Source of the DNA: a virus
Lineage: Duplodnaviria > Caudoviricetes
Reading direction: 5' to 3' (one strand)
IMG/VR virus record: IMGVR_UViG_3300028883_000010
Coordinates: 1 to 59,339 of that record
DNA: 59,339 nucleotides
Below, piece by piece: positions 28,267 through 37,852 of this stretch. The position numbers were made by a program, and so were the translations under genes. Position 1 is the stretch's first letter; each line of letters starts with the position of its first letter. The notes under the pieces were generated by a model. That model searched no databases. It was not told where the DNA came from and worked only from the letters and a program-made list of their open reading frames with translations.

Positions 28267-28358
28267 ACGCCCCGTGTAATAAAAACAGATAGTTAAGCCT
28301 GACTTTTTGCAAATATTGTGCAGAAACGATAAAAAAAAAGAAAAGTTTAAGCGGGCGC

Positions 28359-29393
28359 TCACACCATTTTCCCCATTTCATCCTCGACCACCTGGTCATA
28401 AATTTCGGCATAAATCTGAGTTGTCCGGATGTCTGAATGGCCCAGGATTTTCTGGATGATTTCCAGCTTAATTCCCTTTTCAACCATCCGGGTTGCCGAC
28501 GTATGGCGGAGGCTGTGAAAGCTGTATCGATGGCTATCGAGTTTGCAGGCCACCACGATCTTATGCGTTTCCCGGCTTAGATAATCTTTGTGGTGCCGAG
28601 CGAACACCGGGCCGAGGTCTTTTGAATCCCCCATGGCCTCGACGGCCTCTTTCAATAACGGGATGTTTCTTTCCTTGTCACCTTTGCCAACAATTCTGGC
28701 CCGGCCGTGTACCGCCCCCCTGGGCTCGTCATAAATAGTGACGTTCTGCCAGGTTAAATTCAGGCACTCTTGACGCCGGCAGCCGGTATAAAGCGCAAAG
28801 GTGATATAGCGCCACATTTCCGGGTGTTTTTCCTGGGCATAGGCAAGGATCTTATCCATGTGGTTTGCCGGAACTACCTTTGGCTTGCGCTTTGGGGTTT
28901 TGACCTTTGGGATTTTCGGCAGGCGTTCGGCATACCCCAGGGTTACCGCCGTGTTGAGCGCGGCCTTGATATGTCTCAGATAGGTTCTGACGCTATGGCC
29001 GGAGAGCCCCCGGGAAAGGCAGGCGTCCTTGAACTTGATCAAATCACGATCGTTGATAGCCCGGACGGCCCGCTTGTGGCCGATGACATCCCCCAGGGAC
29101 CGGAGGGCCAGCTCATCCATTCTGAGGGTGTCGGCGCTCAGGTCTGTACGGCCCGCCTTTTCGATGTAATCGGTTTTAAAATCAATCAGGGTTATCCGCT
29201 GTCCCTGATCCAGTTCGGCTACCCTGGACTTGTGCCATTTGCGCTCCATGACGCGCAAAAGCTCTTTAGCTTTTTTAAAATCCTTGGTTTTGAGGGTTCT
29301 CAGCTTGCCATTGGGGAAACGCCGGCAGCGGGGAAAACGGGCATAATAGGTGCCGTATTCTGGGTGTTTCCAGAGGTTCATGGGGGTAATCAT
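28359..29393 (-). CDS. int: Tyrosine integrase
   Basis: YTGCRRQE, VGKGDKER, HSLRH, ILGHSDIRTTQIY catalytic residues. Confidence 0.95.
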   Translation of the reverse strand: MITPMNLWKHPEYGTYYARFPRCRRFPNGKLRTLKTKDFKKAKELLRVMERKWHKSRVAELDQGQRITLIDFKTDYIEKAGRTDLSADTLRMDELALRSLGDVIGHKRAVRAINDRDLIKFKDACLSRGLSGHSVRTYLRHIKAALNTAVTLGYAERLPKIPKVKTPKRKPKVVPANHMDKILAYAQEKHPEMWRYITFALYTGCRRQECLNLTWQNVTIYDEPRGAVHGRARIVGKGDKERNIPLLKEAVEAMGDSKDLGPVFARHHKDYLSRETHKIVVACKLDSHRYSFHSLRHTSATRMVEKGIKLEIIQKILGHSDIRTTQIYAEIYDQVVEDEMGKMV

Positions 29394-29641
29394 ATGCCCA
29401 GTTCCTCACAAATTGCAAGCGCCTCTTTTTCAACGGTGCTGGTTTCGCACATCGATTCCATATATCTATCCAGGCTCAACCGATCGATAAACCGGGTTTT
29501 TCTTTTATCATCAACCACCCGGCCGCCTTTGATTTTTCCGGCATCCAGCAGGCGCAAAAGTAGGGTTTCGCCAAGGGGGCTATACTTTTTCGCGTCTTTT
29601 ATGCTCATCCAGCGCGGGTATGTGTCGGTTGATGCGGGCAT
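29390..29641 (-). CDS. xis: Excisionase (Xis-like winged HTH)
   Basis: WMSIKDAKKYSPLGETLLLRLLDAGKIKG...FIDRLSLDRYM; overlaps the int start. Confidence 0.75.
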   Translation of the reverse strand: MPASTDTYPRWMSIKDAKKYSPLGETLLLRLLDAGKIKGGRVVDDKRKTRFIDRLSLDRYMESMCETSTVEKEALAICEELGI

Positions 29642-29642
29642 T

Positions 29643-30161
29643 CTAATTGAGGCCTGGCGTTTTTATTTTACCGGCTTGCCAGTTTTCTATAAAATCTATC
29701 AACTGCCATCCGGTGATAATCCTTAGCGGCCTTTTCCCATATTTCGTGTTTACAATTCTTTTTACAATGAACCCAATTTCTCCGCTATCCATCCATTTTT
29801 TTATCTGATTTTCGCTGACATTAAGGACTCCAGATGCTTCGGGTATGGTATATGTGACGTTAAATTGTACTATGCGCTCAACAAGTCTCTGCTTGCTTTC
29901 TTGGGCCTTTGTTTTTTCTTTTAAAACCCTTTTTGGGGTGGGGCGCATTAGGTTATGTTTTGGCTTTTCTGAATAGATTGCTTCGCGCTCAGCTTCCAAG
30001 GCTTCTTTTCTTGTCTCGAAACTCTCTATTTCGACCCTATTAATTTGATTAAACCAGTGCGCATGCTGTTTGTGTTGCGCTAATCTGTTCAATGCGTTTA
30101 AAGAAACGCCGACATAAAGCAAATTATTGTCTTTATCAAAATGGCGGTAAAGATTTTGCAT
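29643..30161 (-). CDS. GIY-YIG nuclease fused to a C-terminal HTH
   Basis: LYRHFD..NLLYVGVS...RLAQH...EALEAEREAI...PKHN, then YTIPEASGVLNVS. Confidence 0.75.
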   Translation of the reverse strand: MQNLYRHFDKDNNLLYVGVSLNALNRLAQHKQHAHWFNQINRVEIESFETRKEALEAEREAIYSEKPKHNLMRPTPKRVLKEKTKAQESKQRLVERIVQFNVTYTIPEASGVLNVSENQIKKWMDSGEIGFIVKRIVNTKYGKRPLRIITGWQLIDFIENWQAGKIKTPGLN

Positions 30162-30163
30162 TT

Positions 30164-30571
30164 TTAATTCTTTTCCATTTCAACAATCACAGCAGCACAA
30201 ACATAGTTCATAGCCCCAAGCAATTCAGCAACGGCCGCGTCACGATCCAGGCGCCGGCTTTCATAAATTTTTTTGACGGCCTGGCCGAGCGGATACCCGG
30301 GCCCTAGCCGGCGGGTGATTTCACAAATCGGTTGTTTGTCGAATGGTTCACCGTCTGAGGCATGGCGCATTTTGCCCTTGCCGGCGGCGGCCTGATTCAT
30401 GGCCAAGCGTTGAACTTCAGCAAGGCTTTCATAATTTTTTGGACCCTCCAGATAATCAATCGTGTCCGCTGCCGCATGGATGTACTCGTAAAAATCACTA
30501 TTCTCTATGCCTGACACGCGTTTTTCTGCAAGATCTCTCAATTTGTTAGAATCCATCCAAGGGCCTTTCAT
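30164..30571 (-). CDS. Conserved phage protein (all-alpha, possibly MazG-like fold)
   Basis: GKGKMRHA..EPFDKQPI...GQAVKK..ES...ELLGAMNY pattern. Confidence 0.45.
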   Translation of the reverse strand: MKGPWMDSNKLRDLAEKRVSGIENSDFYEYIHAAADTIDYLEGPKNYESLAEVQRLAMNQAAAGKGKMRHASDGEPFDKQPICEITRRLGPGYPLGQAVKKIYESRRLDRDAAVAELLGAMNYVCAAVIVEMEKN

Positions 30572-30573
30572 TT

Positions 30574-30771
30574 TTACTCCTCAATAAATTGCAGTTGAGC
30601 AATCCGGGTTTTCCCGTATTTGTCACCCAGTTTTTCCTGGAACACCTTCACGTTTTCCAGGGAAGCGGCGCCCTGGTCGGTATATTGTTCAAAGACAATC
30701 GGCCGGCAGCGGTCATCAGGTTTGTAATGGTCCCGTTCGGCTACCAGGACATAGAGTTTTTCATTTTCCAT
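30574..30771 (-). CDS. Hypothetical protein
   Basis: AGGAG SD, 65 aa. Confidence 0.55.
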   Translation of the reverse strand: MENEKLYVLVAERDHYKPDDRCRPIVFEQYTDQGAASLENVKVFQEKLGDKYGKTRIAQLQFIEE

Positions 30772-30842
30772 AGGTTCTCCTTTGTGGCAATTTGTGGCTC
30801 ATATTTTGGGAGCCATGAGCCATAAACCGCTTTGTTGTTAAT

Positions 30843-31016
30843 TTAATAGCCACGCCTATCAACGAGCCAACACCCGAGCATGACGGCAATGGCGCCAAAA
30901 ACTTTCCACCAGCTGGCGTCATAGTGTTGCGGGACCCCGTACATGATGCGGATCACGTTCATAAAGCAGACGCCGCCGGCCAGGAATGTGGCCGGGAAAG
31001 AGATATATTTAATCAT
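30843..31016 (-). CDS. Small two-TM membrane protein (not in ORF track)
   Basis: AAGGAGG SD; MIKYISFPATFLAGGVCF...WWKVFGAIAVMLGCWLVDRRGY, 57 aa. Confidence 0.55.
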   Translation of the reverse strand: MIKYISFPATFLAGGVCFMNVIRIMYGVPQHYDASWWKVFGAIAVMLGCWLVDRRGY

Positions 31017-31031
31017 TTGGAGACCTCCTTT

Positions 31032-31190
31032 TTAATCGCCTAATCCGTGTTCTCGCCTGTAAAACATTTCGATGGTTCGACGGACCTTCCAAGAAAGCCC
31101 ATCGTATTTGGAATGTCCCATCCGTTTGGCCCATCGGCGGTAACATCTGCCATCGTGCGGGGGCTGCCACTTTCCGGTTTTGTTGGTCAT
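31032..31190 (-). CDS. Hypothetical protein
   Basis: ATGA overlap with the upstream stop. Confidence 0.45.
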   Translation of the reverse strand: MTNKTGKWQPPHDGRCYRRWAKRMGHSKYDGLSWKVRRTIEMFYRREHGLGD

Positions 31191-31474
31191 TTGCCTGCCC
31201 TCTTGTCGGTTGCCATCCACGCCTCTTCCCATTTATGCAAGGCCTCTAAGATTTTCTCCACAGCTTCCGGTAGTTGCGGGACAACAATTTCACGAATGGT
31301 CATTTTTTCATACATAATCGATGCAAGAACAGCGGCATCCCTTATTTCTGATGGTGTAAAACGACACATTCGTATGTGTGCATGCATCATGTCCACCAAG
31401 GCCCTAAAATCGTTGTCACGGTTGTACCGTTTTTCTGGTGTATTTGGATAATCGTATTGTATTTGTGGCTCCAA
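31187..31474 (-). CDS. Hypothetical protein
   Basis: AAGGAGG SD before TTG; RY..D..FRALVD...TPSEIRDAA pattern. Confidence 0.6.
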   Translation of the reverse strand: MEPQIQYDYPNTPEKRYNRDNDFRALVDMMHAHIRMCRFTPSEIRDAAVLASIMYEKMTIREIVVPQLPEAVEKILEALHKWEEAWMATDKRAGK

Positions 31475-31488
31475 AGGGGCCTCCTTTC

Positions 31489-31785
31489 CTATTCAAACAG
31501 CTGCCGCTGTTTCGGATCCTTTGACGGATGACGCTTGCCGGCGTGCATTTTTGCGTCGTATTTCAGATGACAAGGGGCACACATCGCGGCCAGGTTTTCC
31601 GTCCGGCAATCTGCCTCTATATGGTTACAATGCGCGACTGTGAGCGTATTTTTGTGGGTATCGAAGGCCTCCCCGGGCCGCCTGCATTGTTTACCTCAGC
31701 ACTCACACTGCCAATCGGCTTCAATTTTGACGGCCAAGGTGATTTCTGGCCATTCATCCGGGTATTTGCTCCAGTCTACCGGCAT
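31489..31785 (-). CDS. HNH endonuclease-like protein with in-frame TGA at codon 30 (Sec read-through or pseudogene)
   Basis: MPVDWSKYPDEWPEI...WQCEC*GKQCRRPGEAFDTHKNTLTVAHCNH...DCRTENLAAMCAPCHLKYD...LFE; TGA at 31698-31696. Confidence 0.75.
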
Positions 31786-32042
31786 GATTTTGCCAGCTCC
31801 TTTTCAAGCTTATCCAGGCGGCCCCGCATTACGTCTATGTATCCCTGGAGCGTTTCAACGCCTTCGGGCAGGCCGATAGGTAAAACAATGAATTGGCACA
31901 CAACGGGGCTGTTTGAAAAATCAGTGCGCGTCATTGCGACAGCATGGTCCGTCTCCAGATCCAAGGAATGCACGCCACCCATTCCCCTTGTTACTACGCT
32001 TCCTATTATGGTTATTTTTTTTGGCATTACGCACTCCCTCAA
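31776..32042 (-). CDS. Hypothetical protein
   Basis: Tightly packed in the early-left operon. Confidence 0.5.
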   Translation of the reverse strand: MRECVMPKKITIIGSVVTRGMGGVHSLDLETDHAVAMTRTDFSNSPVVCQFIVLPIGLPEGVETLQGYIDVMRGRLDKLEKELAKSCR

Positions 32043-32254
32043 TCAATCTGTTTCCGGGCAAGGATTACAGCCTCACGAAAGGGGTTCGGCTGCCGTTCCA
32101 GTCGTGGAAGCAGCTGATTTAATGCGATCCACCGGCCGGCCTGGTGACCGAACTCAGAAAACCTGTAATCGGCCAGTGCGGCCCAGGCCTTCCGGGCGGC
32201 TTTGGCCATTTTGTCGGTGATCAATCCGGCGGTGTCGTTCAGTCTGTCATCCAT
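32039..32254 (-). CDS. Hypothetical protein
   Basis: GAGGGG SD; AW.ALA.YRF..FG..A..W..LN...PNPF pattern. Confidence 0.6.
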   Translation of the reverse strand: MDDRLNDTAGLITDKMAKAARKAWAALADYRFSEFGHQAGRWIALNQLLPRLERQPNPFREAVILARKQID

Positions 32255-32301
32255 GGCTACCCCTCAAAAAAAGTTAACGTAGGAGGTTAATAATTTTCTA
32301 T

Positions 32302-32634
32302 TTAATGAATGGTGGCGCCGGATGCTTTTTCGTCCATCGCAGCATCGACCTCAAACCCTTCGGCTTTATCTTTTGCAGCTTGCGCGGCGGCCAATTCGGC
32401 TTGTCTGGAAGCCACGGCCCCGATGACCTGAGCGGATATTTGAGCAAAGGTTTCCATGGGCATGTTGCCAATCACTATGGGGGTCACCGGATCTTTACCG
32501 GTTTCCTCGAAAACGGCCATGCCCATTCTAATTTTACTGGCAGGGGTTCCGGACACTTCTGAAATCGTTTTGATTACTGCTTCTGCAATTTTGTTGGCGT
32601 TTTCGCCAGGTCCTAATTTAATTTTTTCTGACAT
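32302..32634 (-). CDS. Hypothetical protein
   Basis: 110 aa with SD. Confidence 0.55.
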   Translation of the reverse strand: MSEKIKLGPGENANKIAEAVIKTISEVSGTPASKIRMGMAVFEETGKDPVTPIVIGNMPMETFAQISAQVIGAVASRQAELAAAQAAKDKAEGFEVDAAMDEKASGATIH

Positions 32635-32843
32635 GCCTCTATCCTTTCAATAATTTGTTCTGGGGTTTCCATTACGTCCGTTGGTAATTCCGGATCATCT
32701 CCGATTAAAAATATCCTTGTAAAGGAGACGGTATCTTTTAGTTGGGAGTCATAAGCGGTATCTCGAACCATGCTGGCAATTGCTGCCGGGTTTATATAGA
32801 CAGGATTTGCCCCATACCTTGGTTTTAATTTTAAAAAGTGCAT
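32613..32843 (-). CDS. FlbD-like small protein
   Basis: FLKL...VYINPAAI...TRIFL...VMETPEQIIERI resembles the FlbD family pattern. Confidence 0.45.
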   Translation of the reverse strand: MHFLKLKPRYGANPVYINPAAIASMVRDTAYDSQLKDTVSFTRIFLIGDDPELPTDVMETPEQIIERIEACQKKLN

Positions 32844-32849
32844 ACGGTT

Positions 32850-33542
32850 TTATTTCTCCTTGCAGACATAGACAGGCTTGCCGGTAAGTCGCTCGATTTC
32901 GGTTTGAAACAGGTTTTCGTCGCTGTTGTCTCGACTCAGATGCAGCAGGTAAATTTCACGGACCCGGGAAAGGTCATTGGCCTTAAAAAATTCTCGGACA
33001 TTCTCCAGGCTGAAATGCGATTTGAATAGGCGCTTTTTCTGGGACGGATGAAGGTCCGGACTCAGGGTGTCGATGCTGTAATTGCATTCGATCGCAAAAA
33101 TGCTGACATCCTTGAATTTGTATCGACAAAAATAGGTGTCAGTGGCAAAGACGAGCTTGTCATCACCATCTGTCAGGAGCCAGCCGACGGACCCGGGGCA
33201 ATCATGTTCAGTGGGGAAAGCGATCACCTGGAAATGGTCAATGGTGAACTGCTGCAGGGGCTCGACGATATGCAGCCGATGGCCGGCCAGGTCTAGGGCC
33301 CGGGCGGTCTCGGCCGTCATATAGCAATCAATGCCGGCCGCCATGACGGCCGCGGCGCCCTTGGCGTGGTCCATATGGGCATGGGTGACAAGGGCGGCCC
33401 TGATACCGGACAGCTGGTAATTCAGGGCCGCTCTGATTTGTTTGATCGTAACGCCGGCCTCTATCATCAGCGTGCTGTTACCGCTGCCCGCGGTGTAGAG
33501 GTTGCCGGCGCTCGAACTGTAATATGGCTGGAAGTTGATCAT
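32850..33542 (-). CDS. MBL-fold metallo-hydrolase (YycJ-like 5' exonuclease)
   Basis: SSSAGN, THAHMDH, EHD, ATDT, ECNY, SHFS, LLHLS. Confidence 0.9.
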   Translation of the reverse strand: MINFQPYYSSSAGNLYTAGSGNSTLMIEAGVTIKQIRAALNYQLSGIRAALVTHAHMDHAKGAAAVMAAGIDCYMTAETARALDLAGHRLHIVEPLQQFTIDHFQVIAFPTEHDCPGSVGWLLTDGDDKLVFATDTYFCRYKFKDVSIFAIECNYSIDTLSPDLHPSQKKRLFKSHFSLENVREFFKANDLSRVREIYLLHLSRDNSDENLFQTEIERLTGKPVYVCKEK

Positions 33543-34535
33543 TTAAAATTCCGGAACATCCTCGTCGGTGATTTCCTGGTTCAGGTTTTCCATCCAGTCG
33601 TCATCTTCCGGGGGGCCTTCCGGGGCGGGTTCCTGGGGGGTAGGCTTGCCGGCCGTTTTCGGCTGGTTTCCCTTCGGGGCCTGTTTGCCGTTACCCTGGC
33701 CGGCGGTGGGCTGTCTCTTTTGAGTTTTGGGACTGGCCGTTTCCGTCTGGGGCCTTACCCTGGGCTTTTCAACTGCGGTCTTTTTTTGTGAGGGGTCCGG
33801 AAGTGCCCCGGCCGCGGTCGACGGTCCTTCTATCGTAAAATCGACCTCTTCTTTATTGGCCAGAGTTTCAGCTTTGACATCTACAACGTCGTCGTCGACA
33901 CCTTCCATTTCTTCAGCGCTATACAAGCCTTTCAGTGCGTCCGGCCATCCGTCGCGCAGGGTAAAAGCGCGAGCCCTCATTTTGAGCATGCGTTTCGGGT
34001 TTGTTTGCCAAACGCCGGCTTTAGTCCAGAGACCGGCTTTTTTTGCGTCGGCAACGGAATATTCGTTTACAAAAAGGCCCCGCTTTCTCAGATCATCAAG
34101 CGAAAGGTCTGGATCATATTTAAAGCCGGTCCCGTTTCTTTTGGCGACACAAATCGCCCGAAAATCATCTTTAGGGAATGTGCCTTCAAAATATTCTACA
34201 AAAAACTCACAGGAGCCTGAATTCATGACCAGGGCCTTCTGGGCGTCTCCCCACACCGTCGGCATGCCATTGACACTGGCAATATTCTGGAGCGATGTTA
34301 GCGTATCCATGCCAAGTTGCGCCCCCAGTTGTGTTGCCACAAGGATGCCGGCCGGGTTATTTGTGTAGGCCTTGGGTACCATGCCGGATTTGGCATATAC
34401 CTCTGCAATGTACCAAGCCTGCTTGAAGCTTTCCGGGCAAAACTGCCCGTCTACAATCCTGATGTCGTCTGGCGCCCTTAGCGCTATTTCTTTGGTTTGT
34501 TCTGCCAATTTGATACCTCCTTTTTTTTGTGACAT
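33543..34535 (-). CDS. RecT/Red-beta-like single-strand annealing protein
   Basis: GMVPKAY..NP, LQNI..VNG.PTVWGD, W...PKRMLKMRARAFTLRD..PD.LKGLYSAEE; acidic tail. Confidence 0.75.
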   Translation of the reverse strand: MSQKKGGIKLAEQTKEIALRAPDDIRIVDGQFCPESFKQAWYIAEVYAKSGMVPKAYTNNPAGILVATQLGAQLGMDTLTSLQNIASVNGMPTVWGDAQKALVMNSGSCEFFVEYFEGTFPKDDFRAICVAKRNGTGFKYDPDLSLDDLRKRGLFVNEYSVADAKKAGLWTKAGVWQTNPKRMLKMRARAFTLRDGWPDALKGLYSAEEMEGVDDDVVDVKAETLANKEEVDFTIEGPSTAAGALPDPSQKKTAVEKPRVRPQTETASPKTQKRQPTAGQGNGKQAPKGNQPKTAGKPTPQEPAPEGPPEDDDWMENLNQEITDEDVPEF

Positions 34536-34578
34536 TTCCCGGGGGCACGAAAACGGCCCCCAGAAATGTTACAGTTTT

Positions 34579-36522
34579 TTATGCAGCCTTTTTGGTTTCG
34601 GCCCCGAAAACAAGTTCCGGGTGATCCGGGGATACAAACAGCCTGATCTGTTGGGCGGAGGTCTGGTACAAGTCGGTGACGGCCTCGGCATTGTCCACAA
34701 AGATCGGGAAGTCACGGCCATGATGGGCGGCGACAACCTCACAGATGGAAAGCCCGACATTGATTCGCATGGCGTTGTTCAGGCTGCCATAGGGCACGCC
34801 GTCGACCGTGACCTCGCAGCATTCAGCGAGTCCGCCGTTAATCTGTTCGTCGAACAGCTTGAACCTGGCCAGGTCGAATTTTTCGTTGATGCTGGTTTCC
34901 AGCATGGAAACCTTGGCCCGAATGAAATCTTCACAAAGGTTCAATTCGCATTCGAGCCTTTCATACTCGGCGGCCAGTCTCTTTTCATCGGCCATGTACT
35001 TTTTAATACGCTCATCGATCTTGGAATTTTCCTCAATCTGCAGGATTTCCGTATCAAGTTTGGCCTTCTGCGATTCGATTTCTCCAATTTCCGCCTTGAG
35101 GCTTTCAACTGCAACGCTGTTTCCGTCCTTGATACCGTCAATTTCCGTCTGCAGCGTTATGGTACGGTCCGCCATTTCCTTGTGTGCGGGCGGGAATTCA
35201 GCCTGTTTAATCGGTTCTTCCTCGGCCTTTTTAAGATTTGCCTTGGCCTTGGCAAGCGCCTTTTCAGTGCTTTCGATTCCAGCCAGCGCCTTTTCCCGGT
35301 CAAGGCGGGAGGCTTTCAGTTCGGATGAGACAGCCTTGCCGGCGTTGTTGATATTCCTTTTGCGGTCCGCCTGCTGCTGGTTGAAGGCAGCCCGGGCATT
35401 CTTCCGTGCTTCCTCGATCTGGTTTTCCGGTATGTCCTGGCCGCAGGTGGGGCAGATGGTGACGATTTCATCGGTGTCAAAGGTTTCCGCGTCGACCTTG
35501 AAAAATTCATCGCGTTTATCGGCGATTTGCTTTTCAAGGGCCGCAATTTCTTTTTCGATCCGGTTCAGCTTGCCTTTTTCACCTTCCAACACCCGATCCA
35601 GGGCATCAACGGCCCGACGGCATTCTTCTACAGCATCGTCATGGTCATCCTTGGCCTTGCGGTTTTCCCTGCTGATTTCAGATTCAATGCGGATCCGCTT
35701 TGCATCGATTTCAGCCAGCTCTTTTTCACGCGAGGCAATGCCGCCGCCGTTTTCCAGATTGATAAGCTCGGCGTTCTTTTCTTTGAGCCGTTCGTTTATG
35801 CCGGCCAGGGCAGACTTGACCGTTTTTTCGCCGCGGGCCTTGACAAAGCTGTTGTTTGCCTCATCGATCCGGATAGGTAGGGCCTTCAATTCTTCATTGA
35901 TTTTTGTTTTTCGGGCCTTGATAATTTTTTTGTGATCATCGATGTTGCGCCCGTTCAGGACGCCGGCCAGGTCTGCCAGGTCCTCATTTGCGTCGATGAC
36001 ATCGGCATCGGTGATGTTCCCGCAAATCTCCAGCAGCAGCGCCCGGCGCTTCTGCCAGGTCATGACCTCATTGAAATAGCGGGGGTTCGTCAGGAGACGG
36101 AAGGTTTGTTCCTCGGCGATGGTTTTGACGGTGTCATCAAATTCTTTTTTTTTCGTGGGCACGCCGTCAATGAAATAGTCGGTAGTGTGACCGGTGAATT
36201 CTTTCGAGGCCGATCCTCTTTTTTTGGTGTATTTTTCGTAATAGACTTTTTTCAGGGTGATCTGTTTGCCATCAAACTGAAAGACCCCCTCGACGGATAC
36301 GTCTATGTTGGTTTTCGGCTTCCCGTCGGCGCCCAGGGGTTTGATTTCAAACTGGGCACTGTTCAGCGAGTCCTTACCGAACAGGAGCCAAAAGAAAGCA
36401 TCGGCAATCGTCGTCTTGCCGGTACCGTTATCGCCGAACAGCTCGACGGTTTCGCCCCGGGGTTCAATGATAAAATCTGAGAGCCCTTTGAAGTTTTTCA
36501 TGACCAGCTTAATCAGTTCCAT
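34579..36522 (-). CDS. SMC/Rad50-like ATPase
   Basis: NFKG, Walker A GDNGTGKTT, coiled coils, CPTC hook, IFVDNAE Walker B. Confidence 0.9.
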   Translation of the reverse strand: MELIKLVMKNFKGLSDFIIEPRGETVELFGDNGTGKTTIADAFFWLLFGKDSLNSAQFEIKPLGADGKPKTNIDVSVEGVFQFDGKQITLKKVYYEKYTKKRGSASKEFTGHTTDYFIDGVPTKKKEFDDTVKTIAEEQTFRLLTNPRYFNEVMTWQKRRALLLEICGNITDADVIDANEDLADLAGVLNGRNIDDHKKIIKARKTKINEELKALPIRIDEANNSFVKARGEKTVKSALAGINERLKEKNAELINLENGGGIASREKELAEIDAKRIRIESEISRENRKAKDDHDDAVEECRRAVDALDRVLEGEKGKLNRIEKEIAALEKQIADKRDEFFKVDAETFDTDEIVTICPTCGQDIPENQIEEARKNARAAFNQQQADRKRNINNAGKAVSSELKASRLDREKALAGIESTEKALAKAKANLKKAEEEPIKQAEFPPAHKEMADRTITLQTEIDGIKDGNSVAVESLKAEIGEIESQKAKLDTEILQIEENSKIDERIKKYMADEKRLAAEYERLECELNLCEDFIRAKVSMLETSINEKFDLARFKLFDEQINGGLAECCEVTVDGVPYGSLNNAMRINVGLSICEVVAAHHGRDFPIFVDNAEAVTDLYQTSAQQIRLFVSPDHPELVFGAETKKAA

Positions 36523-36604
36523 CAGCGTTCTCCTTTTTTTGTTAAGCTTAAAAGGGCGGGCGCTGGCTGCCCAGGCCCGCCCTGGTATTTTTGCCAGGTG
36601 CCGG

Positions 36605-37330
36605 CTATGCGATTACCGGGATGTCAACCGCCTTCCGCAGGTATTCGGCGATGTTGTGCATCGCTTCAAGCTTCCATTTTCCGCCGTCTGCAATGTGCAG
36701 AGAACAGGCCATGCCGTTTCGGTTGTTGAGCCTGAAAATGACCTGAGACGCTGGCTGTTCGACTTCGCGAAACGTCCGGTAGGGCCGGAGGGTTAGCGGA
36801 TTCTTGATTTTAACCTGAGACTTGGTATGGATGCCGGTCTTGATCTGAATGGACTGGGAAAACCCATCATCCTTGTTTTCGACGATCTGTTCATTGGCCA
36901 GGTTTCCAAGCATGTCGATTAGCGCATCAATTTGTTCATCCGGGACAAACATGGATTGCAGGGCAATGATAAAATCTTCCAACTGGATCCAATGGCCGAA
37001 GCTGAATTTTCCACCTTCCAGCAGTGCCGTCAGGTAGTTGAAACGGATGTTGTCGTTTTTCGGATCAAGATGCCCGAACAGATTGACGGTATCGTAATCC
37101 TGGACATGCAAAAACAGCGCGTCCGGATCGTAAGGAATGTCATTGCTTTCCAGATACCCCTTAATGCTGTCCAGTGTGTGTGTTTTCAGGTGGTCAGGTG
37201 CGTGCTGTTCCGGCGCCTTGAGCCGGGAAACGGCCCGGCCGTTCGCGCGGTCAATGTATAGATTTTCATCATGTTCGAACTCCCGGGTTTTCCCCAGGGA
37301 AAGAACCTTTTCAATGGCTTCCGTGATCAT
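36605..37330 (-). CDS. Conserved phage protein
   Basis: DDGFSQ, LRPYRTFREVEQPASQVIFR, ADGGKWKLEAM. Confidence 0.7.
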   Translation of the reverse strand: MITEAIEKVLSLGKTREFEHDENLYIDRANGRAVSRLKAPEQHAPDHLKTHTLDSIKGYLESNDIPYDPDALFLHVQDYDTVNLFGHLDPKNDNIRFNYLTALLEGGKFSFGHWIQLEDFIIALQSMFVPDEQIDALIDMLGNLANEQIVENKDDGFSQSIQIKTGIHTKSQVKIKNPLTLRPYRTFREVEQPASQVIFRLNNRNGMACSLHIADGGKWKLEAMHNIAEYLRKAVDIPVIA

Positions 37331-37725
37331 CCTATTTTACCTCCCCTTATCGGTTTGACATTGCCAAACGGCAATTGTTGTTGTGGGGCTATGCGTTCGC
37401 GCGCGTAGGTGCGCCCTTTTTCATCCAGTTTGATTTCCGCCAGGCCCTTGATGGATTCGTGTCCGGACAGCTTGGTTGACTTGCAGTTCATGGCAAAGGC
37501 CAGCATCGAGCGGCCTTCATCTGCAGGTACAACTGCCACCTTGAGCGTGATTTCGCGCGGTTTGGCGTCTGTGTTGATGTCGACAATGTTCGGCAAAACC
37601 TCATCATTGAGGACCCGGTCAAAGGCCTCGATGGCGCCGCCGCCCAGGATTGTAATTAACGACATCCGATCCTCATCGATGACCTTGTCAAGCATTTCCC
37701 GTAAAAGCTCATAGCGATCTTCCAT
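37327..37725 (-). CDS. Conserved phage protein (partner of the downstream gene)
   Basis: GGAIEAFD...NIVDINTD...REITLKV. Confidence 0.65.
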   Translation of the reverse strand: MEDRYELLREMLDKVIDEDRMSLITILGGGAIEAFDRVLNDEVLPNIVDINTDAKPREITLKVAVVPADEGRSMLAFAMNCKSTKLSGHESIKGLAEIKLDEKGRTYARERIAPQQQLPFGNVKPIRGGKIG

Positions 37726-37729
37726 TTTG

Positions 37730-37852
37730 TTACCACCCCCTTCCAGCTGTTTGAATGATGACGGTTACCACGGCCAGGGCCGCAGCAATCAGCGCGACCT
37801 CGATAAGCATGTCAACCGTTTCCCTGCCAAACCGCCAAATTTTATCTTTCAT
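37730..37852 (-). CDS. Small membrane peptide, first gene of the early-left operon
   Basis: 40 aa with one TM helix. Confidence 0.45.
   Translation of the reverse strand: MKDKIWRFGRETVDMLIEVALIAAALAVVTVIIQTAGRGW

Larger units (their letters stand above)
28093..28325. promoter_or_regulatory. Putative integrase arm-type sites flanking the attP core
   Basis: ACTTTTTGCAAA at 28093-28104 and 28302-28313, each followed by a related ...GCAGA half-site; 10-bp-phased (G/C)C(C/A)GGTTT repeats at 28131-28160. Confidence 0.5.

Noticed and set aside
28770-29726. Long antisense ORFs (also 34372-35935, 55178-56101, 8515-9405, 31528-32220)
   Set aside because: Shadows of well-supported genes on the opposite strand
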